Assembly: GCF_037042905.1 (NCBI RefSeq)
Contig: NC_087247.1
Location: 13,454,001 to 13,518,000, forward strand
Length of the DNA: 64,000 nt
Reading direction: 5' to 3'
Origin: Lytechinus pictus
Taxonomy: Eukaryota
Under the pieces are notes generated by a model that was not told the origin of the DNA, made no database searches, and saw nothing but the letters and a program-made list of their open reading frames with translations. Every line of letters begins with the position of its first letter. The stretch's first letter is position 1. Positions 13,621 to 26,640 of this stretch are shown piece after piece. The position numbers and the translations under genes are program-made.

Positions 13621-14037
13621 TTATATATGTCTCACACTGTGTTGCATTTATGTTGTACAGAATGAGACAGAAACCTCTGGTAACTACAATATTTGAAGAC
13701 AGAAATAACAAAATAAATATTTTCTAAGTTTTACCCAGTTTGTTGACTCAATCTTCCGTGCATATATGACGTGCATTTAAATATATATATATATATATTC
13801 AAAAGATCTGATAGGATCACAATCAAGGTTTCCATGGTAGTTACTTCATGTAGTTACAATAATGGCAAGGTTGCCATAATACATGTAGTTGTGACTCTTT
13901 ATGAAATGGGGCCATTAACTATGCACGGGTTGGAAATAATTTCTTCTCCATGTGTGTTTGCCCCCTCCAGTATATTGTAACTGATATGATAGATGTTGAA
14001 CAATGCTTTTGAAATGAATGTTTAATTGAATCTATAG

Positions 14038-14253
14038 GTCGCCCAGGAAGCAGAAGAAGCCGAAGAGCTAGCCGAGGAGCTTGGCTTGAACGGCAGTGGG
14101 GCGTCGGCTGGTGGCGACGGTGACGACGCCCTCAAGGCACTCATCCTGGGAAGGCAGAAAAGCCGAGAACAGCAGATGGACAGCCTCTTTGCAAACCTTG
14201 AGGCTAAGTACTGTCAACCTAAGAAAGGAAAGGGCAAGAAACAAAAGAGATAA
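14038..14253 (+). CDS. DNAJC9: DNAJC9 exon 5 (C-terminal, stop TAA); spliced product 262 aa
   Basis: tctatag acceptor; VAQEAEEAEELAEELGL...DALKALILGRQKSREQQMDSLFANLEAKYCQPKKGKGKKQKR* matches the DNAJC9 C-terminal region. Confidence 0.93.
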   Translation, partial: VAQEAEEAEELAEELGLNGSGASAGGDGDDALKALILGRQKSREQQMDSLFANLEAKYCQPKKGKGKKQKR

Positions 14254-15381
14254 TGGATCCAGGATGGGTTTTTCTGCAAATGTGAACTGTTATTTGAAAT
14301 ACAGTGCTTCAATGTGGTCAAGGAATCTTCAAGTCATGGGAATATTATAGGCAAGCTGGTTGCTTCTACTTATAAAAACTTTTTTTTATGGGCCTTAGAG
14401 GCAGAGATACCATTCTTGGGGGGTTTTGCCTATTTTCAGACCCTGACAACTTCCCAGCTCAGATTTTCAGGCTTGTATAACATGTGAGCAGCCTCTTCAG
14501 AACCATCAATAAGTCACCCAAAATGAATTTTGAGAATTTTTTTGAGCTTGGTAACGCACATCATGAGCATTAAAATGATATATAACTATTTAAAATTAAT
14601 CAACAATCACTTGACTGGATGTTGAAAAAATTCAGTAAAGAGCTTTGAAGAACAAGGAGAAAACAAAGTTGGAAGTTTGGAGTTCACTCAAGCATGGTGT
14701 ACGTGCACTCTGTGCATTCTTGGTGAATATTCCAAGCAAAAAGAAGTGGTATCAAAGGAACTCTTGTATCTTTAATCTTGTGTCTTTAATTTAACTTTAC
14801 AATTTCAAATGGTCAATATTTATGTATGTGCATGTATATATACCAAAAAAAATGAACTAAAATAATAGATTTTGAAAGTACATATATGTAGAAGAATTAT
14901 TCTATCAAATAAGCTAATTTTCTCACTTTTACTTTTTGGAAACCAAACAACAATTTTGGCTATGTACAGAGAACCTTCCCTGGTGACATTATTTGTTTTG
15001 GGTGGCTGATCACATATTTTATATACAGCATATAACGGGGCTTTTTACTCGCTTGTTTTCAAGCCCAGTGAGGTATCCGGACTGGCAGTCTTGCCCAAGG
15101 GTCTTGTCTGCAGTTGAAATGACATCCATTGATTTCATCATATCCTTTGTATTGCTGTAAGAGATAATTGTCTTCCATATTGACGTGGCTACACATATGG
15201 ATATAATGATTAAACTGAATTTGTGCAGATCAAAATGGTCAGGGTTTGATCAAGATGAAAGGACTTGTGTAATGTATGAACGTAGTATGCCAGATACCAC
15301 CTGCTAAACAAAAATATTATATTTTGTGTATTATAAAGGGGGATTTTTTTTTGTAGCCAAAAGAATAATGTATATGCATAT

Positions 15382-15578
15382 GGGCAGTTCCATAAAATGA
15401 TCACCCTTTTTGTACGTCCGACCACCAATTTTTCTCAAGTCTCCACTTCCTAAACTGACCAAGTCATGGTCCTATGAGAACATTACAGACTGTCAAAAGA
15501 ACAAGAAATCACAGACATAAAATTTCATCAAGGTTTCACATATATGGGGTCAGACGTACATATTTTATGGAATTGCCC
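15382..15578. mobile_element. ~200-bp MITE with 4-bp TSD (Sola-like)
   Basis: ATAT|GGGCAGTTCCATAAAAT ... ATTTTATGGAATTGCCC|ATAT; second copy at 34717-34917. Confidence 0.8.
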
Positions 15579-16684
15579 ATATATGCTACTACTTGTGATT
15601 TGGGAATCATCCTGATGGTCTTCTTGGCATCGACATATGCATACAAATTTACTTATTTACACCTTTATATTACAAGGAATATCAGGTCTTAGGACCCTAA
15701 ATTGCATTTACTATGACATTACAGGTAGTGAATTATGTAGATTTTTATAGGGAATATACCATGCATGAGTGACATTAAAACGAGTCGTTGCATTGCACTT
15801 TTACATTGTAGTTTTTACGGCATACTTTGTGGTAATGTGAGAGTACAGATGTGAAAAAATAACGAGAAGCAAAAAAAAAAAAGAAGATAAATGAATACAT
15901 GTGACATATAATAGGTGTCACATACCTCAGTACTACAAGAATGCAAACAATATTCATTTGACCCAACCTAAAAGTGTATGCATATGATTTGCCATAAAAA
16001 ACTGATGCTAGGAAGGGCAATCACAGAACTTTCTTTGCTCAAAGTGGTAAGAAATATCACTTTACTTCTTTAACTATTTGAATAGTGAAGAAATTAGGGT
16101 TTGTTTTTTTTTGTTTTGTCTCAGGAGATGAATGAGATCTAGTCACAAGATGTGTCCATACATCTTGATTTGTTTCCACAATGAGGTGGTCAATATTCCG
16201 TTTGATGGTCAGATATGAAATTTCAGCTGTATTTCTAGAGAGAGTGATTTTCCGTTTCAAAAATTTGTCTTTTCGGTTTCTGAAAATCTGTAATTCCGCT
16301 TCAACTTGGATCTTAAAATGGAAATTCCATTTTGTCACTGAAAATGTACACAGCATAAACCTGAATTCCGTTTTGCAAAGGTGAATTCCATGAATTTTTA
16401 CATGAAAAGTATAAGAACCAAACGGAATTTCCGTTTTATATACCGGTAAAACGGAAGATCACTGTCCCTATATTTCCCATCTTTTCGTAGTAAAAATTTG
16501 TCCCCTTGATTTAAATCCTCATTTTATGCATTTTTCTTCATTACTGCTATTTAACATGTGTGTATATTGAGAAATATTTATAGGTGTGACACCTTAAGTC
16601 AATTGACTGTAAATGATGTGGATCAATTCCCAGCCTTGGCTCTATGTCATAGAGAATACCTATTCCATTAGAAAGCACTATAGT

Positions 16685-16990
16685 CTGTATTGTGAAGTCT
16701 GGCTTAACTTAGGCCATTGTCTAAGCCTGTTAAAATTATGGGACGCCGAAAGTGTCAAAACTTTAGTTAACATTGTATTTTTGTAATATTTACAATGTTC
16801 TTTCATCATGCTTTATTTGAGAAGAAAACCAGTTTATTTATTATTCCCAGACAGTTCTGAATGGTTTAGTGTCAGGTGTGCTGATAAACTAGACCACTAC
16901 TGGTTGAGATTTGTGTCACATGTGACTGCCAGTAGTTAAACTTCAACTTCAGACTAGAGTTTAATGAAAGCTGACTTCAGAATACGAGCC
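16685..16990. mobile_element. Harbinger-derived MITE (related degenerate copy ~17373-17680)
   Basis: Ends TATTGTGAAGTCTGGCTTAAC ... GACTTCAGAATACGAGCC match the terminus of the Harbinger element at 53830. Confidence 0.65.
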
Positions 16991-18505
16991 TTTACCTTGT
17001 GTCTGCCATGATGGCCAAGACTTTCTTAGAACATGAAATGGATTAAATGTAACAAGTCAGCCGATATGTCAGTGGAAAAATTATCTTACATTCTGCTACC
17101 AAAAAAACTTTGGTCTCTGTAATGTCATTTGTTCTGAAATTCTTAAAATAGACTAATTAATTTCTAATGTTAGGCATATTTTAATCTCTCAAATTGCAAT
17201 ATGAAAAACAATGCCCATGCAAACTGGAGTGGCTAATATTTGCCATTGTTTTTCAGATGTAGGTTTTGGAGGCATCAATATTTACTGTTTATGTATTGCA
17301 GTCATATCAGGAAGTCAAGAGCCAAATGACTCCATATCATCAACACAAAAGATTGGATAGCATTACAAAAAATATTCTGAAGTCTGGTTTGACTTAGGCC
17401 CCGGTCTCACTGGGTTAAAATTATGGGTAGCCAACATTTCAAAATTCTATTTGCATTCTGTATGTTTTATCTTTACTTTGATCTTTCCTCATGTTTTAAT
17501 AATGAAGGGAACTATTTCAGTAATTGTTCCCAGTCAGATATGGATGATTTGAGTGTCAAATGAGCTAAAAGATTGAACTTGTAGAAATGTTTGAAACGCC
17601 TTTCACACTTGGCTATCTATAGTTCGACCACAATTTTAGACCAGATTTTGAATTAAACCCGACTTCAGATTAATGGCCTATAGGCTAAAAATCTTTTTGT
17701 TAAAAAAAAATTATGATATTACTGTGTGCCATTGTGCCTAACCTGACCCTATTCAAAGGATCCACTGTTGCATCTTATGTCATTTGTGATGTCATGCACT
17801 TGGTACAGGTAACTCTGCAAGTTACATTTGGGCTAAATTTTAGAATTCATTATTTTGCCAGGTGGATGATTCATAAAACTCTTTTTTTTTAAGTTACAGA
17901 CAACTTTACCGATGACTGGAACATGTTTTTATGTGCTAAGTCAGCTGCATAGGGATATGTCAGATAGCGCAAGAGAGGGTCACAAGTTGTGCGTAAATTC
18001 ATTTTTAACTTTCGAAGAGCTATGGGCATCTTTTCAGAAGTTAGTGCTCCGTCATTTAGTAGGAATCCCATGATAAGGATTATATGCGTCTATTCAGTGA
18101 AGTTTTCCTTGCAGTCCCCATGACTGATGATTTGTAATAAAAAGCCGCTTGCAGAATTCCTGCAGGAAAGACGTGGCTCTGACTTTTGAGAAGGTGCCTT
18201 ATGAAACACCCACCTGGCTAGTTGATCAGTAAATAATGGCGTTTCACCTGTTTTTGGCTACTTGTATTTATTCTCGTACCAGTTTCCCTCTTTCATCCCC
18301 CACCCCTCTCTCACACCTACTCTTCTTTCCCCTCTTCCTCTCACTCTCCTTTCCCTTTCCTTTCTCTCTGTCTTCCTCTGAGCAAATGGAAATTAATCAT
18401 CACCATCTTTATGGGTTTTACACTTGGTTGTGCAACCTCTGGTTACAATATATTTTCCACAAAATAGCGATGCATTTATGACAACCATTTATGAAAGCCT
18501 CTTTA

Positions 18506-18894
18506 CAGTGCATCCCACAAAATAGGAAACTGAGAGTCTCAGCTTTTTAGTTCTTCTTGTCAACAGTTGTCAATGATTTATAGTCTTTCATTGATGTCAT
18601 GAAATTTAGGGGTTTTTCTTCATGCATCACATAATATGAATAGTTCATCCATAGATGATCAAGAAGAAATTTAAATTTCAGTTTAGAAATTAAATGCTCA
18701 GAAAAATGTGTCTAATTTTTTTAATCATTCATTTTAAATTTATTGAATTCTAAGAGAGTAGTTTCACACATGAGTTTCTCCAAAATTATTTCCAACATGC
18801 CCAATTATTTGTAATCATCAGCGTGTGATCATGATTAATGTTGAGGGCGATATCTGACTCTAAAGACATATTTCCTCTTTTGAGGGATGCACTG
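18506..18894. mobile_element. Tc1/mariner-type MITE
   Basis: TA|CAGTGCATCCC ... GGGATGCACTG|TA. Confidence 0.8.
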
Positions 18895-19186
18895 TACATG
18901 TATACCTTAACCCCCATTTTCATACAGCCATCCAAAATAGAGTGAGCTTCATGGAATTCACATTCACATCGAAAAACATTATTAAACTAATTCTGCAAAG
19001 GAATGGAAAAAACTACCAATTCTCCTCGGATCCAAAATTTCTTATGATAAATGTAAGAAACAATCTAACTTTATCAAATTAATGTATACAAGTATCTAAA
19101 CATATAGCATTGCCAGTTTGAAGTAACCTTTATTCTTATTTTGTAAATGCCATGATATATATTTTTTAATGTATTGCATCTCTTAA

Positions 19187-19815
19187 CCCTAAAAGGACTG
19201 GGCTATTTGAGATGTATTGACTGGGGGGGCCATCTCGGCCACCGATCGCGCCGAAATTTAGCACGCACATTCTTTACCACATAAACTACAAGCCAGCATA
19301 AAAAAATTCTGAAAATAATAATTTTTTATATATTATGAATTATGAATAAAATATGCAAATTTATTCTTGAAAAACATTTGCAAATTTGACACCCATTTTC
19401 ACTTCAAATTTTCTTATTTTTTTCCCAGATGTCATCTTTGTAATCTTTGTAATCTAATTCAAATGTTTTAACAAAGCAAAATTGCAAAAGCCAATTTTTT
19501 CCTTATGTATTTCTTTGTTTTTTCATCTTTTGTTTTTTTCAAAGGAAATTATTACAGACCATTTAACAACAAAATTAAACCCTAAATTAATTAAGCAGTC
19601 CAATAAGAATGAAAAATAATCACCCTTTTATGAATTTCATCTCCCTCAGGCTTTGTACACTAAGTATAAATATGAGCCATTTTCGGCATTACATTGTCTT
19701 GTAAACAGTCACGTGGCGTCGCGATGCTATACCCCGTATGTCGCGAATTTGGTCTCAAAAGTTTGCGTTTCGGAAATATCGCGCGAAGCGTCTAGGGGGG
19801 GCCATCATGGCCCCT
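19187..19815. mobile_element. piggyBac-type MITE remnant
   Basis: TTAA|CCCTAAAAGGACTGGG left end; right end degraded; a related right end GTCTTTTTAGGGTTA occurs at ~26461-26475. Confidence 0.5.
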
Positions 19816-22339
19816 CTGTCCAATACAATACAAATAAAATTCAGGACGAAATGTGTTATCAACATGAAAATCTATTCCCGGTAAACAAAATTATTTTCAT
19901 TTTATGAAGTTCACTCTAGTAAAATAAATCCACATGAAACGTTCCCGATTTCAAAATGAAATTTTACCAAGAATGTTGAAAAGTGATTTGTTATTGAGGT
20001 ATCCAAAAATGAATTGAACTTTTACTATTTATGATTTTTCTTTAGGATTATGGAAAATCTTGGGGTTGACCCTGCATGCTTTCATTTGGGTGGGTGTTGG
20101 AATAATTCCTCTCAATAACAAGATAATAGCTGATATGGTGATTTTCAAAGTCGGAAAAAGTTTGCCATCAATTTCAATCCACTTTACAACATTCTACCAA
20201 GTTTCCATCTGAAGGGGGGGGGGGGTGGGGGCAATTATTACTTGGGAATTGCACATTAATAAAGGATGTTTAGAACCAAAAGAATCATCCATTCATTGGA
20301 AAGAATGGATGACATTTTACAGAGAATAATTTTGCTTTACAAATTTGAATAGCATTTTTGGTCACGAGAGAAAAGCTCTCAACTAAGTAATGTGGTGCAA
20401 ATTGTGATGTGATACCAGGAAAATTATTCCATTTTATAAAAAGTTGTAGTAAAAAGGAATGAACTTGATAATTTGCAAAGCTCAATGGGGGATTAAACTA
20501 GACCCACTGCAAGCCAAAATATGACATTTCAGGAAGGGGAGATCATAATGGGTATTGAGGTCACACAAATGCATGAATACAATATAACAAAGCAAGAATT
20601 TAGTTTTCAAAGGATTTATTAAAAAAAAGTTCTTTAAAAAAAAATGACCAGCAGCCAAGAAGATTCATTCAAGTATAGAGGTTACCAAAGCAAATGACCT
20701 CTTTTCATGGAGCAAACCCTATCCCCTCACAAACTGACTAGCAGCCTGATCTAAGCTGGGATCTTCTTGACCAGATCACATGATCATGACGCCACTACCA
20801 ATTACCCATTTTTAAGTGTGCAGGGCGGGGCACTGGACACTGTCATGCATGATATACCCCATCCTTGATGCAGGTGCTTTATTTTCAAGTTCAATTATAC
20901 CCTGCATAGCTGAGGGTATGGAAGACAATGCATTGATTTTCCAAGCAATTTTGTGTTTGTTTGGGGGGAACTTCTCCCACATCATCTACATTTTCCCCCA
21001 CCCCCTACCTTTTCTCTTCCCTACCAAATGAATTGGCGTGTTAATCTCCTTTGTAGTCAATTCACCCTTGGACAATACTACCACCTTATTGCCTTTAATC
21101 TGCTCCCTATCTCATTAACCCCCTCCTCCCCTCTATTCCCCCTCTTTCTACAAGTTTACCTGTGGATCCACCAATTGCTATCCCTTTCCATACCTCCCTG
21201 TACTGTCTATCAAGGGGAGAATTTCATGAATATTCATATCAGTGATTTTCAGTCAAATGTTATAAGCTACTGTAAATCAATGCATCTGATTGGCTGAAAG
21301 CAAATCAGTGATAATCATTGATAAAAACTCTTCATGAAATGCTCTCCATATCCTGCCAATCTTTCTTCATTTCACATCCTTCCAACATTTATTCTCCATG
21401 ACTGATGTGTTCTAAGTAATTTATGATAATTTTATTACATTTATAAAAAAGATGAATATGATCAATCTTTGTCAAAATTCCTTGTTTTTTTATATAAATT
21501 ACATATACTTATAATTCTATTATTTTCATAGTCTTTATTCGTTTTTCTTCATTTTTATTTCAGTTTTACAAATTTTTCATTAATTCAATCGAGGGGGGGG
21601 GGCTCTTTTCAATTGAGCAAATGGAAGATTTACAATTTTACAAATAAATACACGCTTTTCTGTACATGATGCAATTGTGTTCCTATGAACTTCAATGAAC
21701 ACTGTTTTTTGGTGAAAAGGAACCAAAAATGGAGAATTTGATGTTTGTTTTTTTGTTTTTTTTCTGTCAAGGGGACACCTAATGCTTGTGCTTGCAGACA
21801 ATATTCATCACGTCTTTCACATAACTCTGAGAGATAAGGCAAGGGGCAGTTGGAAAGACATGGCTTGTGAATCTAGACCTAATGGGTTAATCCTCAACAT
21901 AGGCTCATCCAGAGGATGTGCACTTCATAATCCCACAATGGTTTAATAATGGCCCATCAATCATAACAAAACAATGCGTGTATTCTAGTTGTGAAGCACA
22001 ATGTCAAATTTCAGAGACGCCACCTGATAAAATGTCTGAATACTAATGTAGGAAATCATTCCTTCAAGCAAAATGGTCAATAAAAAGCAATGTCACATTT
22101 CAGAAATGACAATAAAAAGTCAGAAATTCCTTTCACACTGGGATGTAGGAAACCACTTCTTTTGCAAAAGGAAATTGCCCTATCAAATTTCCCTGACAGG
22201 TTCTGAATGGATGTAAGGAAACAATTTCTTCTGCAAAAGGCACAAAGACAGTTGGAACAATCTGCCAGGAGAGGTCATCCAATAACACTCCTTACCTACA
22301 AAAGTTAACTTAAAAACTGGGTTAACAATAGGCTAGAAT

Positions 22340-23350
22340 ACCCATGCCACACTTTCAATCTATGCGAGGATACCGTTGATGCTCAGAGAAACCTCCCACT
22401 CTGGCTCCTTCTCGTAGGAAATGTCACCATCCTTTATTCACAGTGGATGAATCCCAAACTTGAACCAATTTGTTTAGGTTTCTCCATAAAACAGTGCCAG
22501 TTTGGATGAAATAAGTGATCTAAGCACAGTAGAGAACTTAAGTAAATTTGAAGACGCCTTGATCACCAAAATAAGATATGCCAAGTTGCATCAAATGCCG
22601 GTGACACGACATTTGCTCCTGCGACAATTGCTCTGGTCTTAATATCTTAGAGGGCATAGGATTAGAGTAAGGATTGTAATAGAGTTTTTGGTTCAGATTA
22701 ATGTAAAGATTATGATTAGGGTTTATTTAGTTTTGGAGGTTAGGTTTTATGTTTCGTTTAATGTGCAGATTTTCCATCGGAGCAATTGTCACTGGAGCAA
22801 ATGTCATGGAACCCAAATGCCTTCCAAAATAAAGCAACCACTCTAACCAAGTGAAAAAAAATCAAAATTCTCGTTGACACAAGACATGACATTAAATGTT
22901 CTGAGAAAAAGTATCAGATGATTCAATGATTGAATCAAAAAACATAAATTGGAGAATTCAAAAGGCTGACTATCAGGTAGATCACTGCCCTATCCACACA
23001 CCAAAAGGCGAAAGAATAGCCAAACACCATCTCAAGTCAAGCCCCAGAACCTGGTTAAGAAACTCCAACTTCCCTGAGGTGAAAGACGTGCAAGTTCCCA
23101 TGAACGATTTTTAGATGAAGGGATACAGATGTCGTACTGGATCGTTTCCATGTGAGGTCAAAGTTGGGGATATGACCAGAAATAATCAACTAGATCTAGA
23201 TCCACCAAGAATTGTTCTGACACAACAAATAGGCCAACACACTTGTACAAGAAGAATACCAAAGAAGTCAATTCCACAAGACAAAAGTTTAGCTGGCATG
23301 AGCCATATATATCAGAAAACCATCATGTCTCTCAATTCATACCACCTGTA
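22340..23350 (-). pseudogene. Highly decayed DIRS/Ngaro-like (RNase H plus tyrosine recombinase) coding remnant; second copy ~31780-32500
   Basis: Minus-strand fragments HFLREGA...ID*K in copy 1, and LREGA followed by a frameshifted KTM/GDQ*K in copy 2, resemble the HSxRRGGA...GDWKS recombinase motif; many frameshifts. Confidence 0.35.
22600..22813. mobile_element. MITE with 8-bp TSD (Merlin-like GG termini)
   Basis: CAAATGCC|GGTGACACGACATTTGCTCC ... GGAGCAAATGTCATGGAACC|CAAATGCC; empty site in the paralogous copy at ~31995-32010. Confidence 0.85.
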
Positions 23351-26300
23351 ATGGCACCAGAAATCAGTAAAACAATCAAATACAAAGACAACTCATGAAA
23401 CATTACCATTTGAATGTCCAATAGAAAATATGTGAAATATGAGCTGGAAAAACTCCATTCCTTCAGTCAGTACTTGGGGATTTTCACATTACCAGACACC
23501 AGATACAAATATTTCACATGCGGTTGAAACACATTTCTAGAATTCAGGTATGCTCTTTTCATACACTCATCAACATTTCCTTTCTGCCCTTCTTTGTGCA
23601 GACACAAGTGGTTGCTTAGGCCTGGGTATATTCAAAGTGCAACTAGTCCTTAATCAGTCTTGATCAATGCCTCCGAGTCGCAAAGTCCTCTCAGCTACAC
23701 TGCTCCATTTATGAAATTAGACATCCAAGCAAAAGGTCCATGAGGGGAAATACGAAACACTGAATAAGCAACACTCCTGTATAATTCCATGAAAACAACT
23801 GACAATTTGACATTGCGCTCCTGAAACTAGATTCAAGACTAACATGTATTGGTATGGTTGATTTAGCGTTTTGTCCCCCCTTTTACACATTGTGGAAAAA
23901 CCATTGAAGCACACAATCCTCATAACAATGGGTGAAAACTCAATACTTTACTTTTGATTTTTAAGTGAATATATATTTTTTGGGCAGACGAACCGATATT
24001 GGGTCACAAATCACATCATTCCAAGCAGCAGTCCATTATCTCTACACATTGTGTGATAACGTGATGAATACATGCTTGCACAAACATGAGTTTTATAGCG
24101 AACGGGGAGAGGATCAACAAAATCCATTCATATGAGTCCATCCAAAAAGATGAACATGTACAGAAAAGGGAATTATATTGTAAACTTATTACCACTTTCT
24201 CATGTGGTTCTGCAATTATTTTTTTTTTTAATGTAATTGAAATTTATAAATATAATCACAAATTGTCTTATCATCATATCAGTCATGGTGAATATCGTGT
24301 TGAGAGGGTGTAAAAAAAGATGAATTCAGAGTGACAGCTTGAGTGGATAGTACAGGGAGGTACAAGAGACTGCAATTCATGGATAAACAGATAATACTGG
24401 TATTTTCAAGTAGAAACCAAAGAGGAGGGTGGAGTAATGGTATTGTTTTTATGGATTTTCATGAAAAGAATTTCATTCCAAAAAGTAAAGAAAATGCCAT
24501 GAATTAAATAAGTGCAATTTAGATATTTCTGCCCAATATTTCTATATTTACCCTCAGAATACCATAATAATTGCTGGAAAACCGTTTGCATTTGTCTCAC
24601 ATACTCTAGGCTACGCAAGATATCATTGAAATCATCAATAAAGCACTTACATTAAGGAAGCTGTATGCCATGCACAACAGTGTCCAATGCCCTTCTCTGC
24701 ACACTGAAAAACAGATCTGTTGGTAGTGACATCACTAATTGTGTGATTCTGGCAGGAAGATCCCAGCTCAAACCAGACAGCAAGCCATGTTTGTGAGGTC
24801 TAGGGCCTACCCCAGCAATCAATGAGGTCAACTGCCATGGTCCTCCAACTTGAATGAATCTTCTCGGCTGCTGGTCTTACATTTTATTCAAGAAAGAAAA
24901 AAAAATGATGAATACAAATCAAGTATAATTATGATACAGACAATAGTACATTACAGGGCAAGTCCAAGCTATCTGACACAACAAACTAAAGAGGTGTTTC
25001 ACAAAGATTTAAGTGTGTGATTCAATTCACTTTTGAATTTACACTTGCACACGGAAAATAATGGGTCACAATACTGGTTGGATCACGCTCAGAGGACTCA
25101 TACGCTGGTGCATACGAATCAATAAGACTGTGCATTAAATATTACATGCACACTCACACTTAGGCATGACTTTTTAAATTGTATTTATTCACTTGTGAAA
25201 CACTTTTCAGAGTTGTTTTGCTAGCTTCATAAACATTTTAAAATCTAAAGTAATAAATTAAGTAACAAACGCTTTCAAACACTAGCCTATATAGAGTGGA
25301 ATTTTTTTCTCTAATAAAATATTAGGGCCATGAATAATTAAGAGAAACTAAATAATTTCTTAACTGCATGCAGTCGAAGTTAATACATTCACCATTGCCA
25401 GACTAACACACATACAATTAAAAATAATAACCTCATGACCTTTGCCATTGTGACCAAAAAATATGTAATGAGATCTTTACTCACATATGCATTCATGAGC
25501 AAAGTTTAAAATCGATCCCTGAATCAAACCTGAAGTTGTCGCAGGGCAAGTGATATTTTCAGGTATACAATGAACCAATTCTTTGCTAATCACAAGAACA
25601 ACAAATTTTTGGATACAAATTGATATCTGTGACCTATGACCTAATAACAACTATATGTGAGTAAGTCATTGTCAGCAATGCCAACCCCTTGAAAAGAATG
25701 AAAACAGGATTTGTGGTGTAAAAAGAGCATTTTAAATTTTCTCCAATATCTGTAAAAGCATAAATTTAAGTAAAAAGTTATTTTCACTTGTATCTTTAAT
25801 TTCTATAAGCAAAAGTTATTCAAAATTGAACTGAAAAATATGCTTTAATGAATAGATTGACCAAAATAAGACTTGGGTATCTTCGAGGCTGGAATGATGA
25901 AGAGCTAAATTTCCCCCTTAAAGTTCTCGGCAGTTGATTGTGCAAGCATGATGAAAATCAATACACATGTCAACCATGATACATGTATAATCTACAAAAT
26001 TGTATGTATGATTGCTCCAAAATTATTCAAGTTTAATTCTTCATCAATTAATAATGCTAATTACTGCATAAAATCAGAATTTTTGCTTGAATCTATAAAA
26101 AAAAGCTCTTAAAGTACTGATATGTTTTTGTTTGGAGACTCTTTGCTGGATTCAGATCAAACACACAACAAAGAATAATTGTTATCAAAATGCTCTATTA
26201 TGTATTTTATTTTTTGCAATTTGTTATGTATTTCTTTGTTTTCATTTTTTTAATGATGCAAAAAAAAATTAATGACACAGTTATGAATTTTGGCTAGAAA

Positions 26301-26640
26301 TAGAATTTGCATTGGATTTTTACAGTTCATGAAATAAAGGCTTTTCTTAGCAATTTGATGTCTGACATGTAACTACATGTTTTATAATTTTGGAACTGCA
26401 GACCCAGGAGTTGTAAATTTGGTCTCAAACGTTGCGCAAGATTTGCTTGTTTGTTTTTAAGTCTTTTTAGGGTTAGAGATTAATAGCACCACACATATCA
26501 TTCTCTGTGCATTTGATCTATCACCCTCCTTTGAGTAACAATTGACCAAATTGGACAGAACATATTAACAACATTCATGGAGAATATTATAAAGGTATTG
26601 TGCACAGAAGTTGGGAGGGAGAAATGTTTGTGTTAAGAAA

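Larger units (their letters stand above)
20645..24880 (-). repeat. Long imperfect inverted repeat (fold-back), arms ~20645-22200 and ~23570-24880
   Basis: 20645-20860 is the diverged reverse complement of 24660-24876; 21870-22015 pairs with 23800-23925; many mismatches are G:U-compatible on the minus strand. Confidence 0.85.
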
